64,000 nt of DNA from Minisyncoccia bacterium (GTDB taxonomy: Bacteria > Patescibacteriota > Minisyncoccia > Phycocordibacterales > UBA9973): NCBI GenBank assembly GCA_965662335.1, contig CBFIGQ010000045.1:1156-65155 (forward strand), in the 5' to 3' direction. Positions 16,163 through 26,817 of the stretch are shown here, piece after piece. A program made the position numbers and the translations under genes. The notes under the pieces were generated by a model. That model saw nothing but the letters and a program-made list of their open reading frames with translations, had not been told where the DNA came from and searched no databases. Within the stretch, counting starts at the first letter, position 1, and each line of letters opens with the position of its first letter.

Positions 16163-18034
16163 TTAAAATCGATCAGGGTTTTGCTCTACTTTGTAGGGGA
16201 AGCGGAGACTTTCGAGCATGGCGAGCATACGTTGCCCCTCATCCTCTATATATGAGAGCGGAGCTTTAATAACCCATACCAGGAGTACTTTCATACTACC
16301 AGGACTGATGCGGCGTGCAGGGAGTACGGAGTATTCCATATCAGCAAAAAAAGAAGATACGTACTCCTTTACCTTTTGGCGGTGCCCCTCAGGGACTGTG
16401 ACCGAAACCTTAATCAGGAGTCCGAAGGGTGGATAGCCGAGTTCTTTGCGAAGCGTTATCTCTTCATCAAGAATAGTATTTATTTTTTGAGAGGCGAGTT
16501 GTTTGAGAAATGGATAGTCTGGGTGCCGGGTAAATACCAGTACTCCTTCGCTCGATACTTCATTACACTCCATCACGAGGCGAAGCGCCGACTCGCTTGT
16601 CGATAGTGATGGCGTAGAGAGAATGCGATCCATATACGGAATGAGTGTGTATTGAATGCTGCGCAAATAGGGGAGGACTTTTGGAGTACCTATTATAACT
16701 GCAAACTTTTTTTGATGAATACTTGCGAGCAGTTTTTCAATAGAGGCACTGTCAGGGGTTAGGTCGTCGTCGATGACCACAACACTTTCTTCTCCAACGA
16801 GTGATACAAGTTCTTCGGCAACACTTTCAGTGCCGATGGCAAGAGGGGTTATATTCCAGCTACCGCAATGCTCGCACAAGTAGTCATTTGGCCTCGTATC
16901 ACCACAGTGTGTACATATAAAGGTACGGACTCGCTGACCATCCTGAGTAATTTTGTAACGAAGCACCATAGGAAGACTACATGTCGGGCAACCGACGACG
17001 GTGCCGCAGTCCGCGCAGCGTGAGAGCGGTGCAATACCTTTGCGGTTGGTATAAATAAAAAGTCTAAACTTCTTTTTTTGGGCATGGCGCACCAGATCAA
17101 TGACTTCGCTTGGGAGCGTTGTTTTGTACGGCTCGACGGGGACTATATGGAGCTTTTGGGGCACATAGGTGCGTGGAAGGTGACTACTACCAAGCCGGGA
17201 GAGTGTTTCTATACGTGGTATCGCGTCACCCCATACGAGTTCGAGCTTCGCGCATTCAGCAAAGGCCTTGATGACGAGGCGTATGTCGATACCGTATCGA
17301 TCATTTGTTTTATAGAGACTGCTTCCTTCTTGTTCTGCGATGAGATAGCCAATATCATTTCGGGGTGTTAAAAGAAATCCGGGACTGACGAGTACTAAAA
17401 GTGGGCGTTCATTGGACTTGAGCTGCGCAAATGCTGACCGTAAGTTCTTTTTGGTCACTTTGCTGTGGAGGATGACGACGTGTTTTTGGATTCCTTTAGA
17501 GAGTTCTCTAAAGAGATGTTCTAAAGCCCGGATAGTTGGTGCTGTCACATACACACTTTTCTTTGCGGCGAATGCTGTACGAATGAGCCGTTTGTACCCA
17601 TCGATGCGATCACGAGAGGGTGCCGCGATGACTCGTTCAGTAAATACTCGCTCATTCTCCTTTGTAGATGATAAGATGTCCCTAATTTTTTCTCCATGTA
17701 TGTACTCAAATAAAAATTGCGGGATTGTACTACCTGCGATAGCACCGAGCGGGGCGAGAGAGAGGCTTGAGGCGGTTCGAAGTGTACCCACCACTTCTTC
17801 AAAATACGCGCTGTGTCCGAGTACTTGTTTTATTTTTTTCAGTGAAAATGACGCGCTCTTGATCAGAGTTTTTGCCTCGGCAAGTGGTACTGTTTCTATG
17901 ATAATCCCAAAAATAAGCTGCTTGCCAAAAGGAATGGAAACCAGCGTACCTTGTGTGAGTGCTTCGTGGGCGTAGTAGGTGAGGGTATCAAAGGGGATAC
18001 CTCGAGCAATCGGGATGACGGTTGCGACATACAT
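16163..18034 (-). CDS. priA: primosomal protein N' (PriA-like), Walker A not recognisable
   Basis: N-terminal 3' DNA-binding-domain pattern, cysteine-rich zinc module (CADCG...CPTC...CTHCG...CEHCG), and a C-terminal domain. The expected GxGKT segment could not be found by eye. Confidence 0.6.
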   Translation of the reverse strand: MYVATVIPIARGIPFDTLTYYAHEALTQGTLVSIPFGKQLIFGIIIETVPLAEAKTLIKSASFSLKKIKQVLGHSAYFEEVVGTLRTASSLSLAPLGAIAGSTIPQFLFEYIHGEKIRDILSSTKENERVFTERVIAAPSRDRIDGYKRLIRTAFAAKKSVYVTAPTIRALEHLFRELSKGIQKHVVILHSKVTKKNLRSAFAQLKSNERPLLVLVSPGFLLTPRNDIGYLIAEQEGSSLYKTNDRYGIDIRLVIKAFAECAKLELVWGDAIPRIETLSRLGSSHLPRTYVPQKLHIVPVEPYKTTLPSEVIDLVRHAQKKKFRLFIYTNRKGIAPLSRCADCGTVVGCPTCSLPMVLRYKITQDGQRVRTFICTHCGDTRPNDYLCEHCGSWNITPLAIGTESVAEELVSLVGEESVVVIDDDLTPDSASIEKLLASIHQKKFAVIIGTPKVLPYLRSIQYTLIPYMDRILSTPSLSTSESALRLVMECNEVSSEGVLVFTRHPDYPFLKQLASQKINTILDEEITLRKELGYPPFGLLIKVSVTVPEGHRQKVKEYVSSFFADMEYSVLPARRISPGSMKVLLVWVIKAPLSYIEDEGQRMLAMLESLRFPYKVEQNPDRF

Positions 18035-18061
18035 GAAACCACTATACTATTTGGAGTGCAT

Positions 18062-19072
18062 ATGTGGAAAGTCTCTAAAAAAATCGGTATTGATCTCGGC
18101 ACAACCAACACCTTGGTCTATGTTGCAGGTAAAGGTATCGTGCTCAATGAGCCGACTGTTGTAGCGATAGACAGAACCAACAAAAGTGTTGTCGCAATTG
18201 GCGCAGAAGCCAAAGACATGATAGGTAAGATCCCTGAAAGTATCGCAGTGTATCGCCCGATGCAGGACGGAGCTATTGCAGACTATACGATCACGTACGC
18301 AATGCTCAAATACTTTCTCACCAAGGCGCTCGGTCGTGCACTCTTTAAACCAGACGTGCTCGTCTCAGTGCCTGCAGGCATTACTTCAACTGAGCGGCGT
18401 GCAGTTGTTGAGGCGACTATGAAAGCAGGAGCAAAGAGCGCAATCATTGTAAAGGAAGCAATCCTTGCAGCACTCGGTGCAGGAGTGCCAATAAATGACG
18501 CAAAGGGTTGCATGATCATTGACTCTGGTGGAGGTACTACTGATATTGCAGTTATTTCACTTGGCGGAATTGTTGCATCGACTTCAGTAAAGTGTGGTGG
18601 CAACAAGCTTGACCAAGCAATCATCGACTACATCAAGCGCACATACAATGTCGTCATTGGTGATCAAACTGCTGAAGAACTCAAAAAGACGCTTGCATCC
18701 GCACTCCCTATCACTCCAGATGTTACAGGGTCAGTCAAAGGGCGAGACTGTGTGTCAGGACTCCCAACAACACTCTCTATCACAACCAACGAACTCGTAA
18801 AGGCAATAGACTACGAACTCAAACTCATCATTAAGGCTATAAAAAGCGTGCTCGAGCAAACACCTCCAGAGCTCGCAAGTGATATTATCGACAACGGTAT
18901 CGTCATGTCAGGTGGGACTTCCGGACTTGCGCACTTGCCAGCACTCATTCAGCAGCAGACCGGTATCCAGGTTAGTGTTGCGCCAGACGCGCTGTTCTCC
19001 GTGGCAAGTGGGGCAGGTATACTCCTCGATCACCTTGACGACTACAAGCGATCTATTTTAGTGAAGCGCTAA
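18062..19072 (+). CDS. mreB: rod-shape protein MreB
   Basis: [10 protein letters not shown] and DSGGGTTD actin-fold motifs. Start at MWKVSKK inside track ORF 17951-19072. Confidence 0.9.
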   Translation: MWKVSKKIGIDLGTTNTLVYVAGKGIVLNEPTVVAIDRTNKSVVAIGAEAKDMIGKIPESIAVYRPMQDGAIADYTITYAMLKYFLTKALGRALFKPDVLVSVPAGITSTERRAVVEATMKAGAKSAIIVKEAILAALGAGVPINDAKGCMIIDSGGGTTDIAVISLGGIVASTSVKCGGNKLDQAIIDYIKRTYNVVIGDQTAEELKKTLASALPITPDVTGSVKGRDCVSGLPTTLSITTNELVKAIDYELKLIIKAIKSVLEQTPPELASDIIDNGIVMSGGTSGLAHLPALIQQQTGIQVSVAPDALFSVASGAGILLDHLDDYKRSILVKR

Positions 19073-19091
19073 TGTAGTCTATACTCTCTCT

Positions 19092-19700
19092 ATGATCGAC
19101 TTTGAGCAGTACGCACCGCAGCGAATATGTTTGGTACAAGGTACACCGCGTACCTGCGAAGAGATAGTGGCAGCTATGCAAAAGAGCGTACCACTCGTGC
19201 ATGTGCTCGAAGTCCCAAGACTTACGCTTGATCATGCGCGTTCTATCGCGAGTTTTGCAATAGAGGGAAATGGTACGCGCCGGTGTATGGTGGTGTACTT
19301 TGCTCTCTTTTCACCAGATGCAGCTCAAGTGCTTCTAAAGTCTCTCGAAGAACCTGATCCCGATACAACTATTATTTTTATTACGCAGTACCCATACCTG
19401 GTGCCACAGACGGTCCGCTCACGTGTACTACTTTTATCGGGCAGTACCTACTCCGAGGTAGAAAAGCCGCTTACCAAGGCCCAGGCATTTCTATATATCA
19501 AAGACGAACTTTCTGGAGAGAGCGATGATGACGCGGCAACGCGACGCGCAAAGGCTATCGCATTTCTTGATAGGCTCGAGCGACAACTTTCACAAGACAA
19601 GGCAAAGGTACACTATGTATATGAAGCTAAGGATATGCTCTTTGGGAGTAATATGCCGACAAAGTATGTTGCTGAGTATGCGGCAACAGCTGTGCTATGA
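19092..19700 (+). CDS. holB: DNA polymerase III clamp-loader delta'-like subunit (short)
   Basis: LLKSLEEP...TIIFIT...VRSRV matches the clamp-loader sensor motifs. Only 202 aa. Confidence 0.55.
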   Translation: MIDFEQYAPQRICLVQGTPRTCEEIVAAMQKSVPLVHVLEVPRLTLDHARSIASFAIEGNGTRRCMVVYFALFSPDAAQVLLKSLEEPDPDTTIIFITQYPYLVPQTVRSRVLLLSGSTYSEVEKPLTKAQAFLYIKDELSGESDDDAATRRAKAIAFLDRLERQLSQDKAKVHYVYEAKDMLFGSNMPTKYVAEYAATAVL

Positions 19701-20245
19701 TACTCTTCATGTATACATTAGATGGATTTACTACTGAAGCAAAACAGACCGAAGAATGGCTCGTAAAGGAATATAGTCAGATACATACTGGACGCGCAGC
19801 TCCAGTACTCCTCGACGGTGTCTATATAGAAAGCTATGGAGCAACCCAGCCTGTTAAAAACATCGCCTCTATCACTATCGAAGACCCAAAAACACTCCGG
19901 GTAGTACCGTGGGATAAGTCCCAGATCAAAGACATTGAACGAGCACTTCATGCAGCAAACCTCGGCTTCTCTATAGCAGTTGATGATGCTGGCATTAGAG
20001 TGATAATCCCAGCACTTACAACAGAGACGCGCACACAACTTGCAAAAATAGCAAAAGACAAGCTCGAAGACGCACGTATCCGACTGCGGAAGGCTCGCGA
20101 AACTATGCTCGATATCCTCAAGGCCGAGAAGCTTCCTGAAGATACACTGCGCAGTGCAAAAGAAGACCTGCAAGAGAGAGTTGATACTGCAAATACCAAT
20201 CTTGAAGCGCAATACAAGCGTAAAGAGACTGAAATACAGAGTTAG
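19697..20245 (+). CDS. frr: ribosome recycling factor
   Basis: Typical RRF length with a charged helical C-terminus. Start overlaps the holB stop. Confidence 0.8.
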   Translation: MILFMYTLDGFTTEAKQTEEWLVKEYSQIHTGRAAPVLLDGVYIESYGATQPVKNIASITIEDPKTLRVVPWDKSQIKDIERALHAANLGFSIAVDDAGIRVIIPALTTETRTQLAKIAKDKLEDARIRLRKARETMLDILKAEKLPEDTLRSAKEDLQERVDTANTNLEAQYKRKETEIQS

Positions 20246-20247
20246 CT

Positions 20248-21291
20248 ATGGTAGTAGTGTTATTTATTGTTGTTCTTCTTATCTGTGTACTCGTGCATGA
20301 GTGGGGACATTTTATCGTTGCAAAGAAAAGTGGCATGCTCGTAGAAGAGTTTGGATTTGGTATTCCACCAAGGCTATGGAGCTTTAAAAAAGGTGAGACC
20401 AAGTACTCTATCAATGCGCTTCCAATAGGAGGATTTGTGAAAATAGCGGGCGAGAACGGACAGGAGAGCGGTGTGCCATTTGAGAGACAGTTTGAGTCAA
20501 AGTCGTGGTACAAAAAAAGTGCCGTACTCCTTGCTGGTGTATGTATGAACCTCGTTCTCGCACTCGTACTCTTTAGCGTTGCATACATGATAGGTCTACC
20601 AGGAGTTGTAGATGAAGGTGGCACTCCTACCGTACTGTCAGTAGTTGAGAAAAGTCCGGTTGCGCTTGCAGGGATCACAACAGGCGACACTATTACGAGT
20701 GTCTTTGTAGGAGATACAAAAGTAGAAGATGTGAGGACAGAGTCGCTCCATGATGCCATTGTGCATTCTACAAAGGATGTAGTTATCACATACGAACATG
20801 GAGGGATGAGTAAGCAGGCAGTCATCACTCCCACAAGCGAGCGCACCATCGGCGTAAGTATCGAATCACTCGGAGTAGTACGACTCTCATTTTTTAAGGC
20901 TGTCATGCATGCAGGTACGCACGTGTGGTCACTCACAAAAAGTATTGCGCATGCTATCGGCGAACTCGTTGGGAGAGTGATTCATGGCGCACCGTCTGCA
21001 CAAGGCCTGATAGGTCCAGTAGGTCTTGCGCGTGAAATAGGAAGTGCTTCTACATTTGGATTTGCGTATTTGCTCGCATTTATTGCGATGATATCGGTAA
21101 ATCTAGCAGTCCTCAATGTCATGCCGTTCCCGGCACTGGACGGGGGAAGACTCATAGTGGTGTGGGGAGAAGCACTCACGGGACGCAAATTCTCTCCCAT
21201 GACAATAGGACTTATCCATACGATAGGATTCCTTGTTTTGATCGGCCTCATGGTAGCACTCACTGTAGGAGATATCAAAAAAGCCTTATAA
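20248..21291 (+). CDS. rseP: RIP metalloprotease RseP (site-2 protease, M50)
   Basis: HEWGHFIVAKK HExxH motif in TM1, a PDZ region, and a C-terminal LDGG motif. Confidence 0.8.
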   Translation: MVVVLFIVVLLICVLVHEWGHFIVAKKSGMLVEEFGFGIPPRLWSFKKGETKYSINALPIGGFVKIAGENGQESGVPFERQFESKSWYKKSAVLLAGVCMNLVLALVLFSVAYMIGLPGVVDEGGTPTVLSVVEKSPVALAGITTGDTITSVFVGDTKVEDVRTESLHDAIVHSTKDVVITYEHGGMSKQAVITPTSERTIGVSIESLGVVRLSFFKAVMHAGTHVWSLTKSIAHAIGELVGRVIHGAPSAQGLIGPVGLAREIGSASTFGFAYLLAFIAMISVNLAVLNVMPFPALDGGRLIVVWGEALTGRKFSPMTIGLIHTIGFLVLIGLMVALTVGDIKKAL

Positions 21292-21378
21292 ATTAAACTC
21301 CTGAAGAGGTTGACAAAAGTTTGACTTTTTTTATATCCATGATAAAGTAGGACATACCAATAAATCATTTCACCACAT

Positions 21379-22410
21379 ATGCCAGTTATTAGTTTCAAAC
21401 CAAAACAAGTGACCAAACGTCTACTCTCGAATCTTCAAGATCGAGCGTATGACATTATTGTGAACCGCTACGGACTCTCAGATAGCGCAGATTCAAAGAC
21501 TCTGGAAGCTATCGGTAAAAAGTACGGCATCACTCGAGAGCGTGTACGCCAGATAGAGAACGCAGCACTCGCCGCTATTCGTAAGAGTGATACCTTTAAG
21601 ACCGAGCACAAGATCTTTTCTGAACTCAAAGACCTTCTTGAATCCAGTGGCTCACTCGTGCATGAAGATGATTTTCTCTCATATATCTCAAAGGACAAGG
21701 CAGTCCAAAACCATATCCGTTTCTACCTCGTACTTGGTGACCAGTTTACTAAAATAAAAGAAGACGATCACTTTAGTGCTCGATGGACAGTCGACGAAGA
21801 CCTCTCTGAAGCCGTACACGAAGCACTTCATGGTGTGTATCGATCGCTCGACGACAAAGAACTCCTTTCTGAAAACGATCTTGTCTCTCGATTCCTCAAA
21901 GAACTCAAGGACGTCGCGGATCAGTATAAAAATGAAGAAGTCGCACGACGATGGCTCAAGATTTCAAAAAAGATCGCAAAAAACCCGCTCGGTGAATGGG
22001 GCCCATCGGAGTCTCAAAACATCAAGACTCGCGGCATCAAGGACTATGCATTTCTCATGATGCGCAAGCATGGCTCTCCAATGCACTTTCGTGAAGTAGC
22101 AAAGGCAATCCAGGACACCTTTGGCAAAAAGACGCACGTCGCAACCACACACAACGAACTCATTAAGGATTCACGATTTGTGCTCGTCGGTCGTGGATAC
22201 TACGCACTCTCAGAGTGGGGCTACAAGCCAGGTATCGTACGTGACGTGATCAAAGACATTCTTGTAAAGGAAGGTCCGATGACAAAGGAAGAAGTCATTG
22301 ATCGAGTTCTCAAAGAACGATTCTTAAAGAAAAACACAATCCTTGTGAATCTCCAGAATGCAAAATATTTCAAGAAGATGAGCGACGGACGCTATACCGT
22401 AGCAAAATAA
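21379..22410 (+). CDS. sigma-70 region-4-like HTH domain protein with unknown C-terminal domain
   Basis: N-terminal ...RYGL...TLEAIGKKYGITRERVRQIENAAL matches sigma region 4.2. No regions 2-3 recognised. Confidence 0.4.
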   Translation: MPVISFKPKQVTKRLLSNLQDRAYDIIVNRYGLSDSADSKTLEAIGKKYGITRERVRQIENAALAAIRKSDTFKTEHKIFSELKDLLESSGSLVHEDDFLSYISKDKAVQNHIRFYLVLGDQFTKIKEDDHFSARWTVDEDLSEAVHEALHGVYRSLDDKELLSENDLVSRFLKELKDVADQYKNEEVARRWLKISKKIAKNPLGEWGPSESQNIKTRGIKDYAFLMMRKHGSPMHFREVAKAIQDTFGKKTHVATTHNELIKDSRFVLVGRGYYALSEWGYKPGIVRDVIKDILVKEGPMTKEEVIDRVLKERFLKKNTILVNLQNAKYFKKMSDGRYTVAK

Positions 22411-22412
22411 AT

Positions 22413-22439
22413 AAAACCCTCTTACTCAAGAGGGTTTTA
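22413..22439 (+). terminator. rho-independent terminator (aaaaccctctt-actc-aagagggtttt)
   Basis: Read directly. Confidence 0.7.
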
Positions 22440-22441
22440 TC

Positions 22442-22942
22442 ATGCTACACTTTCTATATATGGCAGATGCAGGAGGAGGTGGTGCAACATGGGAACCATT
22501 TGAAATAGTGCTCGTGATACTTCTTGTGGCAGGTGTACTTATGCATTTGCAAGGAAAGTCTTTTGACACTACACCTATCTCTTCTACATCTACACAAAGC
22601 GAAGAAATCGTAAATACTCCTGATGTATGTGGTATACAGGTCGACTCGCCTATACCAAAACAAAAAGTAACGAACACTATACATCTTTCGGGATATACCA
22701 ACGGATGCAATTGGCCGACAAAAAATGGAGTTGTGCTATACGCACAAGTTGTTGATGCAAAGGGAATGCCTGCATCTGTGTATACGACTGTTACCGGAGA
22801 AACCATTGGTGATCAGCACCGCTTTGATACAGTGATAGCTATCACACCTAAACCCGCCAAGGGCACTGGGTATCTCATACTTGTGCCATTACAAGACGGT
22901 ACCGGCAGATCACAAACACTTCGTATCCCGATAACGCTGTAA
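22442..22942 (+). CDS. hypothetical secreted/membrane-anchored protein
   Basis: N-terminal TM helix followed by a Ser/Thr-rich linker. Confidence 0.35.
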   Translation: MLHFLYMADAGGGGATWEPFEIVLVILLVAGVLMHLQGKSFDTTPISSTSTQSEEIVNTPDVCGIQVDSPIPKQKVTNTIHLSGYTNGCNWPTKNGVVLYAQVVDAKGMPASVYTTVTGETIGDQHRFDTVIAITPKPAKGTGYLILVPLQDGTGRSQTLRIPITL

Positions 22943-22958
22943 GTGCTATACTTTTCTT

Positions 22959-24212
22959 ATGCAAGCGATTGATATATTTTTGAGCGACGTTGGTACCGCT
23001 ATAGCGCTTGTAGTAATAGCGGTGCTTGCATGGAACCTTTGGGTCACCTATATCAATCTTATATACCTCAAATCAATACCGTGGGTACTGGTAGAAATAG
23101 TGCCTCCAAAAGAAGTATTTAAGTCCCCAGAAGCAATGGAGCTTGTACTTAATGTGTTTAACGGAGGAGGTGCGGGCAACTGGTATGAAAAGTACTGGAA
23201 AGGAGAACTTGCGCAGTATTATTCACTAGAAATAGTTTCAACTGAAGGAAAGATACACTTTTACGCTCGCTTTCATTCAAAATTCAAAAAAGCATTTGAA
23301 GCACAACTCTATGCCCAGTACCCTCAAGCTGAAGTAAAGGAAGTCGAAGACTATACCAAAAAGATTCCAAGCTTTACGAGTGGGCTTATTAGTATGTTTG
23401 CGTATACGCTCAAACTCAAAAAAGATGATCCATATCCTATTAAAAGTTATGTGGACTTTGGACTGGACCGTGCCATTGGATCGCTCGATGAGGAGCAGCG
23501 TATCGACCCAATCACTCCAACACTTGAAACTATGGGCTCTATTGGAGTAGGTGAACATATATGGGTACAGATCAACTTTCGCCAAGCAATAAAGCGCCAT
23601 GAAGTAAAGGATGGAGATAAAGTAGAAAAGGAAAAGGCGTGGACGGATAAAAGTAAGGAAATTATCAAAGGCCTGCGTGCTGCGGCAAATACCAAAGACG
23701 CAGAAGGCAAGACCGTAGCAGGGCGACTCACTAAAGGTGAGCAACAAGTCATAGAAGCTATAGAGCGGCATCGCAACAAGCCTGGCTTTGATTGCGGTAT
23801 GCGCGTGCTCTATATCGCCGAGAAAGATAAATTTAGTGGCAATACTATTTCAGCTTTTACTGCAATGTTTCGTCAGTACAATACAGAAGATATGAACTCG
23901 CTCAGTATGGTCGACCTCACTAAAACCCCGGATGCAATGCCGTGGAAGGACCCATTTGATATGAAAGTAAAGAAAATGAAAAAGGATTATCTTGATGATT
24001 ACAAAGATCGAGCCTTTTTTTACGGCGGTTTTACATTTTCAAAAATACAAAAATATTTTACCCATCCTGAGAAGTCTGGAAGTGATGGATTTCTGCTTTC
24101 CTCAGAAGAACTCGCAACACTCTACCATTTGCCAGGTAAGGTAGTGGAGACGCCAACAGTTGGTCGTATTGAATCAAAGAAAGGTGAGCCACCAGCAAAC
24201 CTTCCTATCTAA
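22959..24212 (+). CDS. hypothetical membrane protein
   Basis: N-terminal TM helices. No recognisable motif. Confidence 0.4.
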   Translation: MQAIDIFLSDVGTAIALVVIAVLAWNLWVTYINLIYLKSIPWVLVEIVPPKEVFKSPEAMELVLNVFNGGGAGNWYEKYWKGELAQYYSLEIVSTEGKIHFYARFHSKFKKAFEAQLYAQYPQAEVKEVEDYTKKIPSFTSGLISMFAYTLKLKKDDPYPIKSYVDFGLDRAIGSLDEEQRIDPITPTLETMGSIGVGEHIWVQINFRQAIKRHEVKDGDKVEKEKAWTDKSKEIIKGLRAAANTKDAEGKTVAGRLTKGEQQVIEAIERHRNKPGFDCGMRVLYIAEKDKFSGNTISAFTAMFRQYNTEDMNSLSMVDLTKTPDAMPWKDPFDMKVKKMKKDYLDDYKDRAFFYGGFTFSKIQKYFTHPEKSGSDGFLLSSEELATLYHLPGKVVETPTVGRIESKKGEPPANLPI

Positions 24213-24217
24213 TAGCT

Positions 24218-25177
24218 ATGTCATATTTTTTACGACGCATTGTTTTGTTCGTTCTCTCAATCGGCGTTTTGATAGCAGTATTCATGTTACTGTTTAGATA
24301 CTTTATCGCAGCGCCAAAGGATTTTCCGACGCCATACCATTTGACGATAGAGCGAGGTCAGACGCTCTTTTCAGTATCGCACGAGCTATATGATGCGCAT
24401 GTTATCAAGTACCCACGGGCTTTTGAACTCTTTATGATTAGCTTGGGTAGCGAAAAGAATGTTAGCGAAGGCGAATACTATTTCGAATCGCCGGTATCCG
24501 CACTTGAAGTTGCGCTGCGTATTTCTGGAAAACAGTTTGGAATTGACCGAAAAAAAGTCACCTTTCCAGAGGGGTTTACCAACAAGCAAATGGCAGCTCG
24601 GCTCGGACAGGCATTTCCGGGATTTGATACAGAAGTATTTTTGACGCTTGCCCATGAGTATGAAGGATATTTGTTCCCTGATACGTACGGCTTTTTTCCT
24701 TCAGTCACACCCGATCTCGTCGTTTCGACACTTCGCAAAAATTTTGCAGCAAAGACTGCTTCACTTGAGTCACTATTTGCAGCATCCCAGCATAGTAAAC
24801 AACAAGTCATGATTATGGCGTCTATCATTGAAAAAGAAGCGAGAGGGAACGATGACCGCAGTGTGATCTCTGGAATCCTATGGAAGCGGTACGAGAGCGG
24901 CATTCCACTACAAGTAGATGCGCCATTTCTCTATATACTCGGCAAGGAAAGCAGGGATCTCACGCAAAAAGATTTGGCACTGAACTCGCCCTATAATACC
25001 TACAAAAACAAAGGACTTCCTCCGACCCCTATCAGTAACCCAGGTATTCTCTCTATCAAGGCTGCGCTTGAACCGGTAGGATCGCCATACCTATATTATC
25101 TCCATGACAAAGATGGCATGATACACTATGCTTCCACCTACGCCGAGCATAAGAAAAATATACAGAACTATTTGTAA
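24218..25177 (+). CDS. mltG: endolytic murein transglycosylase MltG (YceG-like)
   Basis: N-terminal TM plus an ...NSPYNTYKNKGLPPTPISNPG... YceG signature. Confidence 0.8.
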   Translation: MSYFLRRIVLFVLSIGVLIAVFMLLFRYFIAAPKDFPTPYHLTIERGQTLFSVSHELYDAHVIKYPRAFELFMISLGSEKNVSEGEYYFESPVSALEVALRISGKQFGIDRKKVTFPEGFTNKQMAARLGQAFPGFDTEVFLTLAHEYEGYLFPDTYGFFPSVTPDLVVSTLRKNFAAKTASLESLFAASQHSKQQVMIMASIIEKEARGNDDRSVISGILWKRYESGIPLQVDAPFLYILGKESRDLTQKDLALNSPYNTYKNKGLPPTPISNPGILSIKAALEPVGSPYLYYLHDKDGMIHYASTYAEHKKNIQNYL

Positions 25178-25183
25178 CAACCT

Positions 25184-25726
25184 ATGATATTACAGCAGTC
25201 ACTTGCCTTTATTGATATTGAAACAACTGGACTCGACTATGAAAAGGGCGAGATTATTGAGCTCGGCGTTGTGCTTACGCGCATGAAGGAAGGATCACTT
25301 GAAGTTATCGGCGAGCTTGATCTCAAAATTGCTCCAAAGCATATTGAGACTGCCGACGCTCAAGCACTGCGTATCAATGGATATAATGAGGCAGACTGGA
25401 TATTTGCCGTGTCTATCGAGGAGGCTCTCAAAGCATTTGTCGAAAAGACCGAAGGAGCAATATTTGTTGCACACAACATCACCTTTGATTATGGATTTAT
25501 AGAGGCAAATTTGCGGCGCTACGGTATAGAAAGCCGCATGCATTACCACAAACTCGATACACTTGCGCTGGCATTTGGCATCCTTCATACCAACGACGAT
25601 ATAGGCAAACTCTCACTTCGTGCACTGTGTGAGAAATACGGCATCGAAAACAAAAAGGCGCACAGCGCCTTTGCAGACGCCTATGCGACCTATGAAGTCT
25701 TCAAAAAGTTGATGAATTTGAAATAG
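25184..25726 (+). CDS. DnaQ-like 3'-5' exonuclease (DEDDh)
   Basis: FIDIETTG (Exo I), VAHNITFD (Exo II) and HSAFADA (Exo III). Confidence 0.75.
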   Translation: MILQQSLAFIDIETTGLDYEKGEIIELGVVLTRMKEGSLEVIGELDLKIAPKHIETADAQALRINGYNEADWIFAVSIEEALKAFVEKTEGAIFVAHNITFDYGFIEANLRRYGIESRMHYHKLDTLALAFGILHTNDDIGKLSLRALCEKYGIENKKAHSAFADAYATYEVFKKLMNLK

Positions 25727-25746
25727 GGTGTGGTAGTATCACGGTT

Positions 25747-26799
25747 GTGAAAACAAAGAAGAAAAAAATATTTGTCGGCATATCCGGTGGGGTAGACTCA
25801 TCTGTCGCCGCATATCTACTCAAGCAACAAGGTCACGATGTGCATGGCGTTTTCGTAAAAACATGGTCGCCAGAGTGGCTCCCCTGTACTTGGCTCGATG
25901 AAAAGAGAGATGCGATGCGCGTGTGTGCATCGCTAGGTATTCCATTTCATTTCCTTGATGCAGAGTCCGAGTATAAAGAAGGTGTTGCAGAGTATATGAT
26001 AGATGAATACAAAAGAGGGCGCACGCCCAACCCTGATGTGCTCTGTAACCGCGTCATAAAGTTCGGCGTGATGTGGGAGTATGCACGCGCGCATGGTGCC
26101 GATGCTATAGCGACTGGACACTACGCGCAAACTGATGGAGCGCACCTTTTGAAGGCGGTTGATGAATCTAAAGATCAGTCATACTTTTTATGGATGATAA
26201 CCCAGGCGGAGCTCGCGCACATCGTGTTTCCCATCGGAGGTATGCCAAAGGCGCAGGTGCGTGCACTTGCGCAAAAAGCAGGGCTCTTTACCGCAGACAA
26301 GAAAGACAGTCAGGGCATTTGCTTTCTTGGGGATGTGGATATGCGAAAGTTTCTCAGTCATTATATTGAGCAAACGCCAGGAAGCGTAGTCACAACGAGC
26401 GGTGAAATCATCGGAGAACATAGCGGTGTCTGGTTTTATACTCTAGGAGAGCGACACGGATTTATCATTACTCGCCAGGGTACAAATGATCCGAAATACT
26501 ACGTAGTAGGAAAAAATATAGAAAAAAATATTCTCTATGTCGACACAAGTCCTACAGTATCGATAGAGCACACTATACAAACTATAACTTTGCGCGAAAC
26601 AAATTGGCACACTGAGAATACGGGCAGGGTACAATGTCTGGCACAGATTAGATATCACGGAGAGCTTATACCTGCAGTAATACTTGGTAAGGACCGTGTC
26701 GAGCTCCACTACAGCAACGTTGTTGCGCTCGGTCAGTCGCTTGTACTGTACCAAGGAGAGCAGCTTATTGGAGGAGGTATCATTGATAGCATTTCATAA
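25747..26799 (+). CDS. mnmA: tRNA-specific 2-thiouridylase MnmA
   Basis: SGGVDSSV PP-loop and MnmA core. Confidence 0.9.
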   Translation: MKTKKKKIFVGISGGVDSSVAAYLLKQQGHDVHGVFVKTWSPEWLPCTWLDEKRDAMRVCASLGIPFHFLDAESEYKEGVAEYMIDEYKRGRTPNPDVLCNRVIKFGVMWEYARAHGADAIATGHYAQTDGAHLLKAVDESKDQSYFLWMITQAELAHIVFPIGGMPKAQVRALAQKAGLFTADKKDSQGICFLGDVDMRKFLSHYIEQTPGSVVTTSGEIIGEHSGVWFYTLGERHGFIITRQGTNDPKYYVVGKNIEKNILYVDTSPTVSIEHTIQTITLRETNWHTENTGRVQCLAQIRYHGELIPAVILGKDRVELHYSNVVALGQSLVLYQGEQLIGGGIIDSIS

Positions 26800-26817
26800 G
26801 AGCGCTATACTATACGC

